Shown: one piece after another, positions 38,260-49,900 of the stretch
How the letters are laid out: every line of letters begins with the position of its first letter
Position numbering within the stretch: the stretch's first letter is position 1
From: Phoronis australis
Lineage: Eukaryota; Animalia; Phoronida
DNA: 53,573 nucleotides
Reading direction: 5' to 3'
Assembly: GCA_002633005.1 (NCBI GenBank)
Contig: NMRA01000241.1
Span: 1-53,573 of the forward strand
Made by a program: the position numbers and the translations under genes
The notes under the pieces: generated by a model
Database searches by the model: none
What the model saw: only the letters and a program-made list of their open reading frames with translations
What the model was told of the DNA's origin: nothing

Positions 38260-40126
38260 ATGTATCCTGAAAAGACACGCAATTTCATTAGGAGCAGAGG
38301 GAGAAGAAAAAACAATTTAAAAAGGGACACAGACCCTCCAACATGGACTACTGAAGCTCCAGCATACCAAGGCAGTCCCAGGCAGCAATAGACGGTTGCA
38401 GGGCTGTGCGTCTCACACGTTTTGAAGCTGAGGATTTCACCTTCCTAATTGACAGTGATGCTGCTGCGACAGCTTGCAGGTTTAGGCCAAGTACCGTGAA
38501 AAAAGAAAGAAAAATTCGTGACAGCAAACGAATGGATGAGAATATCATCATTCACGTGCGTCTCTTAACAGGCCTGGTGGGACATGTGCATCAGGTTGCA
38601 TGCAAATTTGGAAAACTAGAACTAATTGTTGAAAAAAGACTGGGACTGTGTGTCTATGCATCATTGCACTGCAGAGTTTGCAAATATAAATCGCCCACTG
38701 TGCCACTGTCAGGTGAGGTCAAGCAGCAGACGACTGGGCCACCAGCAGGAGCCTTGAACAGCCAGACTGTATTGCCTGTGCTAAAGTCAAAAGTGGGAAT
38801 TGAGGATGTAATCAACATTCTGACATGCTTGAATATTGTGCCACCATCCAATCGCAGCCTGCAGAATAAAATGAATGCCATGAGCCAAACAGTAACTCAT
38901 CTGAACGAAGAACAAATGATTGAGAACCAGCGCTACGTTAAAAAAGTCACCACTCTGGCTGGCGGTGGAAGTGTTGCAGGCGTTCAGTTTGACGTTTCCT
39001 ACTCCAGTTAGCCACAGGGTGGCTGCAAGAAAGCAAAGCAGAGCTTCGGTGGACTTGTTGAGCACTCAACGACCCGAAAACTTCCACTGGCCCTTGCCAC
39101 GGCGAACAAACACTGCAGGATTCCCGGGTGCAAGCATGAACACTGCAGCAAAAACTATCCAGCTGAGAAATCAATTGCATCAAGTGAACGCACACTGTTA
39201 CAAACCAGCCTCAGAGCAGTGGAAAACTGTGGTGTGGACCTGAATATCAGGAGCATTACGACCGATGCCAGAAGCCAAGAAGCGAAGGCCATCCGTGATT
39301 TCTACAGTGCCAAAAGAAAAAACCTAAACACTACAAATGCTTCATTCACAGACTGAGGCGAATGGAAAAAAGCGTTAACGAAGCGGACTTGAAAGGTTTG
39401 CCCAGGTCACATAACAAGACTTGTTACAAGAGGAAACTTTCATCTGCTGTACGAGCCAGAGCGCGAAAAGAGCTCATCAACCTAAAAAACAGAAAAATCG
39501 AAAAAGATGAATTTTTGAAAGCTGGAGCTGCTGCGGTGAACAATGTTACTCGCTGTTTTTCGGGACAGCACCAACAATGTCGCGAGCTGTCGTCTGTGTG
39601 CATTGCACACCATAGCAACTATACACCAAGCCATTTGCCTTATGACCGGGATCTAGAACTGAGTGAAAAGGACTTGAAAACGATTCAAACAAAAATCAAT
39701 TCCTTCTTCGACCAGGAACAGCTAAGAGGTATGCAATATCTTTTCAACACAAACATCAGTGAAAGTTTGAATGCAGCAGTTTATGCATACGCGCCAAAGA
39801 CATCAAGATACACATGAAAATTCACGGGGCTGTGTCATTCAGCCATTCACTCCAGAACCCTGGGACAAGGGAAATCCACGGTGAAGCTGGCCGAGGCATC
39901 AGGACTAACCGTGCCTGAAAACAGTGCCATGAAAAAAATGTTGAGAAATGTGGACTCCAGAAAGCGCTACCATGCCAAGAGAAAGTTGAGCCAAGAGTAC
40001 AAAAAGGCCTGGTACTACCTAAGGGAGAGGATGGCCAACACGAATCTGTTTGACAAATCTGTTTATAGTACGGAAAACATAGCGTCTACTAGTGTCACTG
40101 ACCACAGCGACGGACTTAGTTACTAG
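38260..40126 (+). pseudogene. Kolobok-type (Mutator-like domain family) DDD/E transposase, disrupted
   Basis: Motifs FKKGH, GLCVYASLHCRVC, LTCLNIVPPS, VQFDVSY (D), NKHC...CSKNY, ITTDARS (D), HYKCFIH and NTNISESLN (E). Stops at ~38389, 39009 and 39815, plus frameshifts. Confidence 0.85.
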
Positions 40127-40137
40127 CTGTATTTTAG

Positions 40138-40556
40138 TCAAAGCAATAACCAAACAACTGGAAAACGGAACTTAAAAGCTCTTGATAGGATTACCATATT
40201 CAGCAGGCATGATTTGTATCCCCAATGACCAGTGCATTCCCCATTATTTTTGCAAATTTGCCTGGAGTTGTTAATTTTGGGGGGTTCATAAGAAAAGTGA
40301 GAGAATTTTATATAGGAAGAGTTATGACAGAGGTGGGAAAAGTGGTGGAACTAGGACAGCCGCTGGGGTGTGCCAAGCGATGAGCCTGTACTCTGATATA
40401 TTTCCCTCGAAATTTAACACGGTGAACACCGTATTCCTTCTTATTTACAGGACCTGTCCACAGCTGACACTGAGGGTTGTTGTACCTGTATTAGCATATT
40501 TTGCAGTTGTTTTTAATTGCACTGTAGCACACTGTCACACTGTTGCTGATGAACAT
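40138..40556 (-). pseudogene. His-Me finger (I-PpoI-like, Zn-binding loop) homing endonuclease, disrupted
   Basis: Minus strand reads CQLWTGPVNKKEYGVHRVKFRGKYIRVQAHRLA, then after a frameshift SHLCHNSSYIKFSHFSYEPPKINNSRQICKNNGECTGHWGYKSC. SHLCHN is at 40321-40338. Confidence 0.9.
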
Positions 40557-41159
40557 TAAATTGTCATTTGAAATGCATTAATGAGTGTCTGAAGTTAATC
40601 GTAAGCACCACATCCACACCCAGCTGCCGGGCTCATGTGCCACCGGTAGGTCCAAGTACACAGTCACACACAATTCTTTCTTCAATTTTTACAAAAAAAT
40701 GAAAAAAATATTCAACAAAAACTATTGTTCTGACTTTGATTTGTGGCAGAGAGAAGAATTAGTGCCAAAACTTCGAAATATTTCAAACTTGAAATTTCGC
40801 CATTTCTTTTAAGGAGGCACAGAACAGTTCTCACTGGGTTTTGTAGTGTCCGACTACTGCCTCTGACGTGGCATCTACTTTCCATTTTCTACTATTGGGC
40901 ATTGACGGACATGTAGATAGCATGCATCTCCACAAAATCTCGAACAAGAATAGACTGACGAAAACTGCATCACATTCATGACCTCAGTCACAATTTGATG
41001 TTGAGGCTAATACTCAATATGTGCTTGACAACGGCGTTCCAGCTATGGTACAATACAATACAATACAATACAATACAAGACATCATGTTTGTCCATCAAC
41101 ATTGATCAAATGCACTCAGAGGTTGGAGAAACCATCAAATCTCCGTTTTTGTGACGCAA

Positions 41160-41310
41160 GATTCTTGAAAATGGGCAGAGCACAGGCAGCCCTTGAACCG
41201 GTTGCTTGCTCCGCCGTGTAGTCCTACTGTCATACCGGGCAATCTTAGGGTCGTTCGGAACAGAAAAACAATGTCTGTCGTTACTGCATCCTCTGCACAC
41301 GCACCTTTTC
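41160..41310 (-). pseudogene. THAP zinc-finger remnant in a Kolobok-like element starting at TTAA 41558-41561
   Basis: RCVCRGCSN...FSVPNDPKIAR, then after a frameshift LCSAHFQESC. Confidence 0.75.
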
Positions 41311-41561
41311 AAAATACTTGTCTCAAGCTCAGTCTCAAGGAATATTCGACTCTTTTCGGCCACTCCGGCTCACGATTGGTGAAGAAAAACACAGTGGCGG
41401 AGAACGGAGTACGACTGGTGACGTCACACATATTTTTTTAATTTTGCGTTATTTCTTGATTAAAAATAAAACACGACTTGAAGTAGAAATACTTAAAATA
41501 TCACACTAAAATTGTCGGTAACCGAATCCAAGCATCCGTGACCATGACGTGAAGGCTTTAA

Positions 41562-42070
41562 TGGCGTGGTAATTTCGTTAGCAATTATTTTGATCATCCT
41601 GCTGGTGATAAATTTAAAGCTGTGACATTGCATAATTCTTATTGGAGTCAATTTCATGGAGATACTTGCAGACATCGGTTTGATTAGCCAGGATATCGTT
41701 CATGGAGAAAGGGGAATTATACCTTAATCAGTTGGTGTTACATGAAAGTAATAGCTAGTTGTCACTGCTACTTGAAGTTACTGTTGTGGTTGATAAGGTA
41801 AGCGGATTTTATTGATAATATTCCAGTATTTTGGAGTTCTTATTTACATTGTTAATTTGTGGAAAAAAGCTTTTGGCGATGATCAGCTTTGACTTATGTA
41901 CTAAAGTCTCTACCAGGAGTGACTGCTCCTTGTATCTGTTGTAGATTACAGTGTTGTTTGGTCTCCTGAAAGAGATGTAAAAAATATTTCTAGTGCGAAT
42001 GGTTGGCTGTAGTGTTTAATAACCTTTTTAGTTGATGGGATATTGCTTTTATAAAATGTCATAGACAGTG
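41562..42070 (-). mobile_element. Degenerate LINE fragment related to the element at 19262-23351
   Basis: SFRRPNNTVIYNRYKEQ and ITSRMIKIIANEITTPL resemble SFRRLNNPCTFKCYKEQ and ITNKMIKIIARELTLPL of the full-length LINE. Confidence 0.7.
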
Positions 42071-44629
42071 CTTGTGAACAGTGGGACAGTGCATATAAAA
42101 GAGAGCAATTACAGAAGGAATTGTCATGGAAACTAATGTACTATAAAACGTTGTAAAATTTAATAAAATACATAGGTGTTGCAAAATATGGACATTATCT
42201 ATATAACGACAAGGTACGATGGAACCCAGTATCTTGGGAATTTATGTCAGGAGTTTCGGTTTTTATCATTAAAGCTTCGAAAATTTTCAAACGAAAGGGG
42301 TCACGTTCGAAATACCCGACGATAATATTGTCAACCATATCTGAACGGGAAATTTTCTTTTTGTGGAGCGTTTTGTCACAGCCTGTTTGAAGTTAACATT
42401 TATGTAGGCAATACGAAAGTTTGTTGAACAAACTATCTAAGGTCAAGAGCAGATTACTTTTCAATGAAATATATATATACAAAACGTACCGAGCTTGGCG
42501 TATATGAAACAATATCCCAGTCGACATTATTTCGCGTATCGACCTTCGGTCTCTGTCCATACGCGGAATAATGTCTCGTGGGATATTATTTCATGTACGC
42601 CACTCGAAATTGATAAAAGGATTATGCAATGGCACAGCTTTTATCACCAGCAGGATGATCAAAATAATTGCCAACGAAATTACCACGCCGTTAAAGCCTT
42701 CACGTCATGGTCACGGTACATTTTGTATTTATCCCATACGCATCGAATTCGTGAGTTTCTTTTTTTTCTTTCGGTATTTTATAAATACTTCACCCTGACT
42801 GTTTACGTGGCTAATCACAACCTGTTGTGTATGTACGTGCGCGTTATGTTGCTAACTTAGTGTAGTAAAAGAAAACAGTTTTAAATGTAGCAGTTTATTA
42901 CTTGAAATTGATAAAAAATGTGAAAACGTCAGTTTTCGTGCATTGAACTTGTATCATATTTCGAAAATAAATAAATAAAAATATTTATAACGTCGTCTGC
43001 TTTCACGAAGTTGATGGAAGTGCCACCGTTGATGACAGCTCCGGCGAATATGCCTGTTGTAGCGTTGTTGCAGGTAAGTTGTCGCATTTCTACGGATTCC
43101 CTGCGTGCTTAGCCCAGCCAGCACGCAGGTATCACGCAGTGGCACGCGCTCTAGCATTGGTCGATGTAACCTCGGCAGTCATTGGTTGCTTTACAACACC
43201 GTGAAAAAATGGCCGACTGTGAACGATTTTTAGCGTTGTCATGCAAGTGGCGTCGCAGCAACTATTTCGTTTCTGCAGTGATGTTTAATAGCCGCGTGCT
43301 TCAAGTACATACATGTACAATAAACACACATCTGGCAAAAAACAAGCTGATTTGCATCAATTTAGATCGAGTAGTTATACTCCATAACGACACGTACGGT
43401 TGCGTTACCTGACACCTGACGGCAGACGGAGGTGTTGAAATTATCCAATGACGTCATCGATTTCACACGCAGTCTGTTCAGCAGTTCACAACACCGGTTA
43501 CTGGTGTCAGCTTATCGCATGAAGTCATCGTTTAACACCAATAAATCATCAAACTTCGATGTAAAACCCTTAAAAATACACCGAGTTCTTATAAAAACGT
43601 GTTGTTTTATTTCGTTCTTACGGATTTATTGGTATTTGGACACGCCGTAGCCTACAAAGTTCGGCAGGCCAATAAGGTCCATAGCAAGGAGTTTGTGGTG
43701 TGTTCAGAGATAATTTCGAAGTATTTTCCGTGAGATACAGATAGGAGAACCTAGATCTGTGTTGTTCAGACTTGTGATTTTTTTAGTTCTAAACACAAAA
43801 CGCTTGTTATCCTGGCCAGTGGCTCGGAGCCCGATCAGGCCCGTCGCGGCCGGCCGCATTGACTCGTTAATCCGGCCAGTGCCTCGGAAACTGATCAAAC
43901 ATCACGAACGTAAACCAGCCAAAGTTCAGTGGAAACTAAACTTCCAGTCAAGAAAATACTATAATAGTGAGCCAAAGTAATGTGCACATGATTATGTTGG
44001 TGAATTAGCCACGAAACTGCAAATCTACTTACCCGTCGTGGGCCGCGAATTCAGCCTTCCGCTTTGGCCACAGAGCAGAAGTTGTACATTGACAATCATT
44101 ATTTGAGTAATGTAAATGTAAATAAAGATTCCCCTAACACCTGGCCGCGGGATGGAAATCGAGTTGTTTCACAACAGTTTCTGCCAGCAAACACTAAATT
44201 AGCATGAGCTCACACGGCCTCGGTGACCCGTGAATTAGTTTTATTGCACCTAAAGCCGGTAACGCAGTGATTTATTCATTGCTGGCTTCTCAAATCATTT
44301 CAGTGCTCTCATGAAAACTCCAAAGGCATTACAAATTGCATCTAATGAGACAGACTTTGTTTAAGTTTTATAAAAGTATTGGTTACGGTGAGAATAATTC
44401 ATTTTGAAACAGAACGCTCAGTAACAAACGCCAACATGGCAATTCGCAATCCCGACTTAGGACGAGCTAGAGCTCATCAGTCCCGACTTCGCAGGTGGAT
44501 CGTTAAGTTTTACAGGCTATCAATTCGAACAAGAATACAGTGATGAAGAAATACTAGAGAGGCGCCGTGAACAAGCTCAGACAAAGTAACGTATTGAGTT
44601 ATTTAGTAAGCCGGCATTCGTCAGGCACT

Positions 44630-44820
44630 GTCGACGTCTGCAGGCCACAGACACGAAGATGTTTCACGGCCTCATTCTTGCTGTTTACAGCGTATATATC
44701 ATTCTTCACTACCATGAGCCACTTTCTAAGCATTTCGGACTCTCGAGGAAGTAAAAAAAAACGATATACCCGCTTTCCTCGCAGCTGCTTAGTTCGGACA
44801 AGCGGGAACGATGCGGCATT
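44630..44820 (-). pseudogene. THAP zinc-finger remnant (right arm)
   Basis: Inverted copy of the left-arm THAP: FFLLPRESEMLRKWL...LRVCG. Confidence 0.7.
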
Positions 44821-45413
44821 CACTCTGCATATGAACCACTGACGTCGCTAGCGTCGTTTCTCACCTTCCTCAGAGGTTAACGCGACACCTCTTGGCGAGG
44901 TAAGGTCGACCGTATGCGAGGCGATTTGGATATAGACGGATTACGACGGCAAAAAAGACTAATTAAATCGGGTGGCATTATCCTTTAACCGGTGTGTTAG
45001 TCATACTATTTATGCAGGACACTATCGTAAACAGAAGTCATCGACAGTAGAAAGATGCATTCCGCCGGCGCATCACAATTTCTAGGCTTCACATTTCCTG
45101 AACATGAATTTTAAGCACCGATTTGTCTGTACAACAGACCACATTTACACTTCCTCCATCAGTCATGCCAGTTTGTTTGCGTAAAGCGTTGCCTGTTCAG
45201 AATTCGACTTGTCAATCAGAAACGCCGGTGTAAAAAAAATTACCGAGGAAATTTAGTGATACCTGCGTGCTGGCGCGGCTACCGCCCCACATGAGAGCGA
45301 GCCCACGCGGATAATGCATGCACCATATGAAACAGGTTATCTGTAGCACCCTTCATTATTACAGGTAGAGAGGGACTAACAGGTTAAAACAAAAGAAAGG
45401 TCAAGTTACAAGT

Positions 45414-45483
45414 ATGGACTGCATTATTGGGACGTGGCAGTGCGTAAATGTTGAAAATGAAGCTAAGGTGGCCAACGCAATGG
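45414..45483 (+). CDS. FABP-like coding exon 1
   Basis: ATG...IGTWQCVNVENEAKVANAM-G, donor GTAAGG at 45484. Confidence 0.85.
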
Positions 45484-46902
45484 GTAAGGGCAAAATCATA
45501 ATTAGTTGTAGCTTCTACCCGACACGTTTTAAGACCTGCGCGCTCACCGACAAAAAAGAAAAAAAAACGACAAGCCGCATCAATTTCAGTTATAGTCTGG
45601 GTGTATTTTTTGAAAAACTGAACAAAGGCACGTAAGCAAAGGTAAGCAAAGTTTGGAACGCCAAGATTTGTCAAGCGATAAGTAAAACAACAACCCGAAT
45701 AGTTTTCTTTCTGAAAATTACTGCACTACCGACTGGATTTTCAAAGAAAAAAGAGCACAGAATGCTTTGTATTATAAATGTAATGAATCAAACGGTCATA
45801 CCCAAACTTGTGTACAATATACGCGGCCTCAGTGATACGCCTTACCACTCCTCCATACAATCAGTGGGCCTCGAGGTGCAGGACCTTTAAGAGGCCTAAA
45901 TTACAATATTCAAAGTGGTTCTCTGCCACTGAAGTAGAATTCAAACTACTCACCAGGTAATTTTAAGGTTTGTTCGCAAAGATTTTTAAATTGTGTTGAT
46001 ATCAAAGCATTTTCTTCTGGCTTCAAATTTCAAAAAATGATCTGTCAACAGTTCGCCACTTCGTCGATAATTGTCTCGCAAGGCAGAGCACGTCTCCTTA
46101 TATGGTATGGCAAGACGAAAGGTAATACATTTCCCTTATATGGAAAAATGTGACCTTTGACCTCAAGCCACTTCAAGCAACCGATTGTAACCGCATGCGC
46201 CCATTTATCATAAGTGACATATAAACTTTGCAAGTGGAAACTTTTATATAATCAACTAGAAATACTCGAGTTATAAAATAAATGAATAAATTGCCACTTG
46301 AAAGTACTCATGAAATGTTCTCCAACACCTCAGGGCCCACGAACAGTTACACCTCTCCTTCATCGCAGACTCATCTCCTTCACGTCTATTTATTGTCTCG
46401 TCATTAGGCTCTTCAGTGCCTTACCATTTGCCCATTGCTCTCGTACGTCTTTCCATTTACTGAGTCAAAAATCACTCTCATTACATTCCTGCCAGATTGC
46501 AGTTTGGGCTCTTGAAGCTCTTTTTTCATGATTAATTGGAATCTTAAAAACAACTGATTAAAATTGTGTCTTCATTTGCGGAATGTTAGACAATGCCTAA
46601 ATTACTTTGGTCAATGGTTTCAGAGATGTAGTGTGTGTCTGACCTATATTCCTGCAGGTATTCCTGAGCAACTCCAATCTATGATAATGAACTCTCCTAG
46701 ACCGGAGTTGACATATGAACGGGATGGGGAGAAGTGGACGTGCATCACCGGATGTATAGGCGGTCCACAAAGTATTACGTATAAACTTGGTGAACAGTTC
46801 GAACAGATGGGTGCCACTGGGAATGTACAGGTAACGAGTTAGTCACTTACTTAGTTAGTTACTTAGTTACAATCAAGCACTTTTACTACGAAATGGATAC
46901 AT

Positions 46903-46956
<54 letters not shown>

Positions 46957-49900
46957 GAGTTCGATTTAATAAAAATGTACGAAGACTGCTGAGAAGTCGT
47001 TACCGTTGAGGCGTACATTTGTAGCATGCTTATCTAAGTAGATGCTATCTATGTCACTACGATTTTCCAAAAACACAGTAAGCTTATTAGAAAGCCTTGA
47101 CGAGTACCAATAGTGCAATTAAATAAGTCTACATCACTTGTTTTCACACGATCTCAACTTAGTATACATTGATCGCAGAATTGATAACAGAAACTTCAGG
47201 GAGTAAATAATTATACGAAGCACATAATAATGTCTTTCCCGGCATCTAAAAATTTTGACGCATTTAAAAACAATACTAAATGAGAACTGTAAGCAGCTAT
47301 GCCTCTTTTAGGTTGACTGCTTGATATAGTCCAGTCATTCTACGGATAACCCGGAAAAAATTGCAACAGAAGGTTTTACTGCATAAATCGTATCCTTTCA
47401 TACCCCTTAGTGGGAAAAAAAGTCTACCGGAATCGGAGTGGCTTTTCAAGATGGCGGACAAAATGGCCGCCAGATTTTTTGATGCGCAATATAACTCAAG
47501 AGTGGAATGTGCTAGAGTAAAAATTCAAAAAGGTTTACCTATGTTTTGTGGGTCAAAAAATCCATTGGAAATGATTTTACATGGCTGTGGTGACACTGTC
47601 CGCCATTTTCCAACATGGCCGCCAAATCTACTTGAGTCGCAAAACTTCACACGAACAGATTAGTGTGTTGTCTTGCTTCAAACATCGCATCATAGGTTTT
47701 CTGGGTCGACTAATCCATTGAGACTCATTGCATTTGGCACTAATGATTACTTCCACCATTTCCAAGATGGCGGACAAAATGGCCCCCAGATTTGCAGAGG
47801 ATCATTATAACTCGAGAGTGGAATGTGATAGAGTAAAAATTGAAAAATGTTTTCCTATCTTTTGTGGGTCAACAAATCCATTAGATTAGTTTTGCATGGC
47901 CGTGGTGACACCATCAGCCATTTTCCAAGATGGCCTTCAAAACTATTTCGAATCGCACAACTTCGCACAAACAGATTAGTGTGTCGTCTTGCTTCAAGTA
48001 TCAAAGGTTTTCTGGGTCGACTAATCCATTTAAACTCGTTGCGTTTGGCTCTAATGATTACTTCCACTATTTTCTAAGATGGCCACCAAATAGTTGCTTC
48101 GTGTAAGAACTTCAGATTCCAGAGACACGCCATGTCCTGAGTTTTATAAGTCAGCACATCCATTACAATATTTTTTGTCTGGCTCTTGATGATTACGACT
48201 ACCATTTTCAAGATGGTTTAACGAATAACGAATTTGGGTCAAAAACATCAGGTTTGCCTGAACTGAAGGATCATTGTACTACTGAAAAAATGTGCTGTAT
48301 TAATTCAGTGATCTACTATCCACACTGTCTGTGTCACTTCCAGTTAGTTCTAAATGCTAGTGAATCTATACACAATCAACCAGTATTTACACAACTAATC
48401 TCTGTCAACTCAGAATGAATTGCTGCAGCTAAAACCACGGCATTCTCCACATGCAACTGAGTACGACTATCCTAACCTCTTGCATGTACATCTCTTGGAA
48501 CTGCAGTTGGTCTTACACGACCATATCTCACTACTTTCAGCAGGTTCTCTGGTGCTGCTGAATGGTCCGTCGTCGTGGGAATGAATTTTCCACCTGCCAG
48601 CATCCATCCCCAATACAGCGAGTCTAGGCCACTGCCACGGAAACTTGACAGCTCTTGCTCTTGATAATATGTCCCGGCAGCATGGAATTTAGCTACTAAA
48701 GAAAGTTCGTGATANGGTGTCTTTGAGTTGCTACGTCTCCTTCAGTCAAGTATATGTATGAAGATTTTGCATAAGAGTTGTGACCAGCAGCTGCAAAGTA
48801 AGGCAGCATTTCAGAAACTGCTTTTAGGTGAAGCTCCCAATCTGACGTTATTTCTGCTTTTAAAAAATTCGAAGGATGTCAATCATCTTCATAAACTGTA
48901 GTCAAAGACTAATGATTGGACTTTGCATGGACAAGTCTGATTTATGTGCTTTGATTTTTTATGAATACCCACAAGACACTCGGACGAGCATACGTCGTCG
49001 GAAACAGACGTCATGCCAGCAATAACATCATCATACCGCTTCAGACCAGCTCTCAAATCATCATGAAGAATATCATTGGCCATTGATTCTTCTGACGAAC
49101 TATTCTCTGCCACTGTGAATTCTGAAGACCTATACTCTGATTCAGACGTGTTTGAATATACCAATGGCAGTAGGTCGGAAACCAGAAGTGAGCTCTCGTG
49201 AGGGCATTCCACTGTAATCCAAGGTTCAGAATCGGAAAACACTGGCTGGGCATGGCATGCCCTATAGTATACATCTAGTTATGTGATCAGTTGGGATGTC
49301 TGAGATGTCTGAAGAATCTGTCTCCGTATTCTGACGAGCCACATTTAGTATATAAATCTTAAAAACAAATTATAGAAACAATCAACTCATTAACCCTGAC
49401 TGTAGGTTGTAAAATGTTTTTGTGTAAATGCGTATCAGGTTACAAACAAAGTTTGCAGAACGTAAATGCAGTAAACTAGGGTTTGTGAATTGGCAGCCAT
49501 TTTGGCGGCCATTTTGTCAGCCATCTTGAATTTTTTCTCGCAAACCAGTGACCAATTGTAAGGTCCAGATATTTTCAATTGTCTAACTTACAAAAGAAAA
49601 AAACTTTTGCCATTTTCAGGGCAAAATATAAAAAGAAATCTTGCAACATGTACCAAATTGCCGTTTCGGCCGCCATTTTGTCGGCCATATTGGTTTTATT
49701 TTACGGAAAATTGGCATCTTTTGATTGGTATGCCTGTTATGAAAAGTATATAATCAATGACAAACTTTATTGTTTTATTTTTAGCTGTTACATAAGAGTA
49801 ATATGCCAGAAAACAGTAATCACCGGTTTTGTCGGCCATTTTGTCCGCCATCTTGAAAAACCGACTTCCGCCACTCCGATTTCGGTAGATTTTTTTTTCT

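Larger units (their letters stand above)
36786..44984. mobile_element. TTAA-flanked Kolobok-type composite structure with ~1.3-kb inverted arms
   Basis: TTAA|AGGAGAATGCCAC at 36782 and GTGGCATTATCCT|TTAA ending at 44988. 36786-38087 is the reverse complement of ~43706-44984 (13 mismatches in the first 115 bp, plus indels). Confidence 0.75.
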
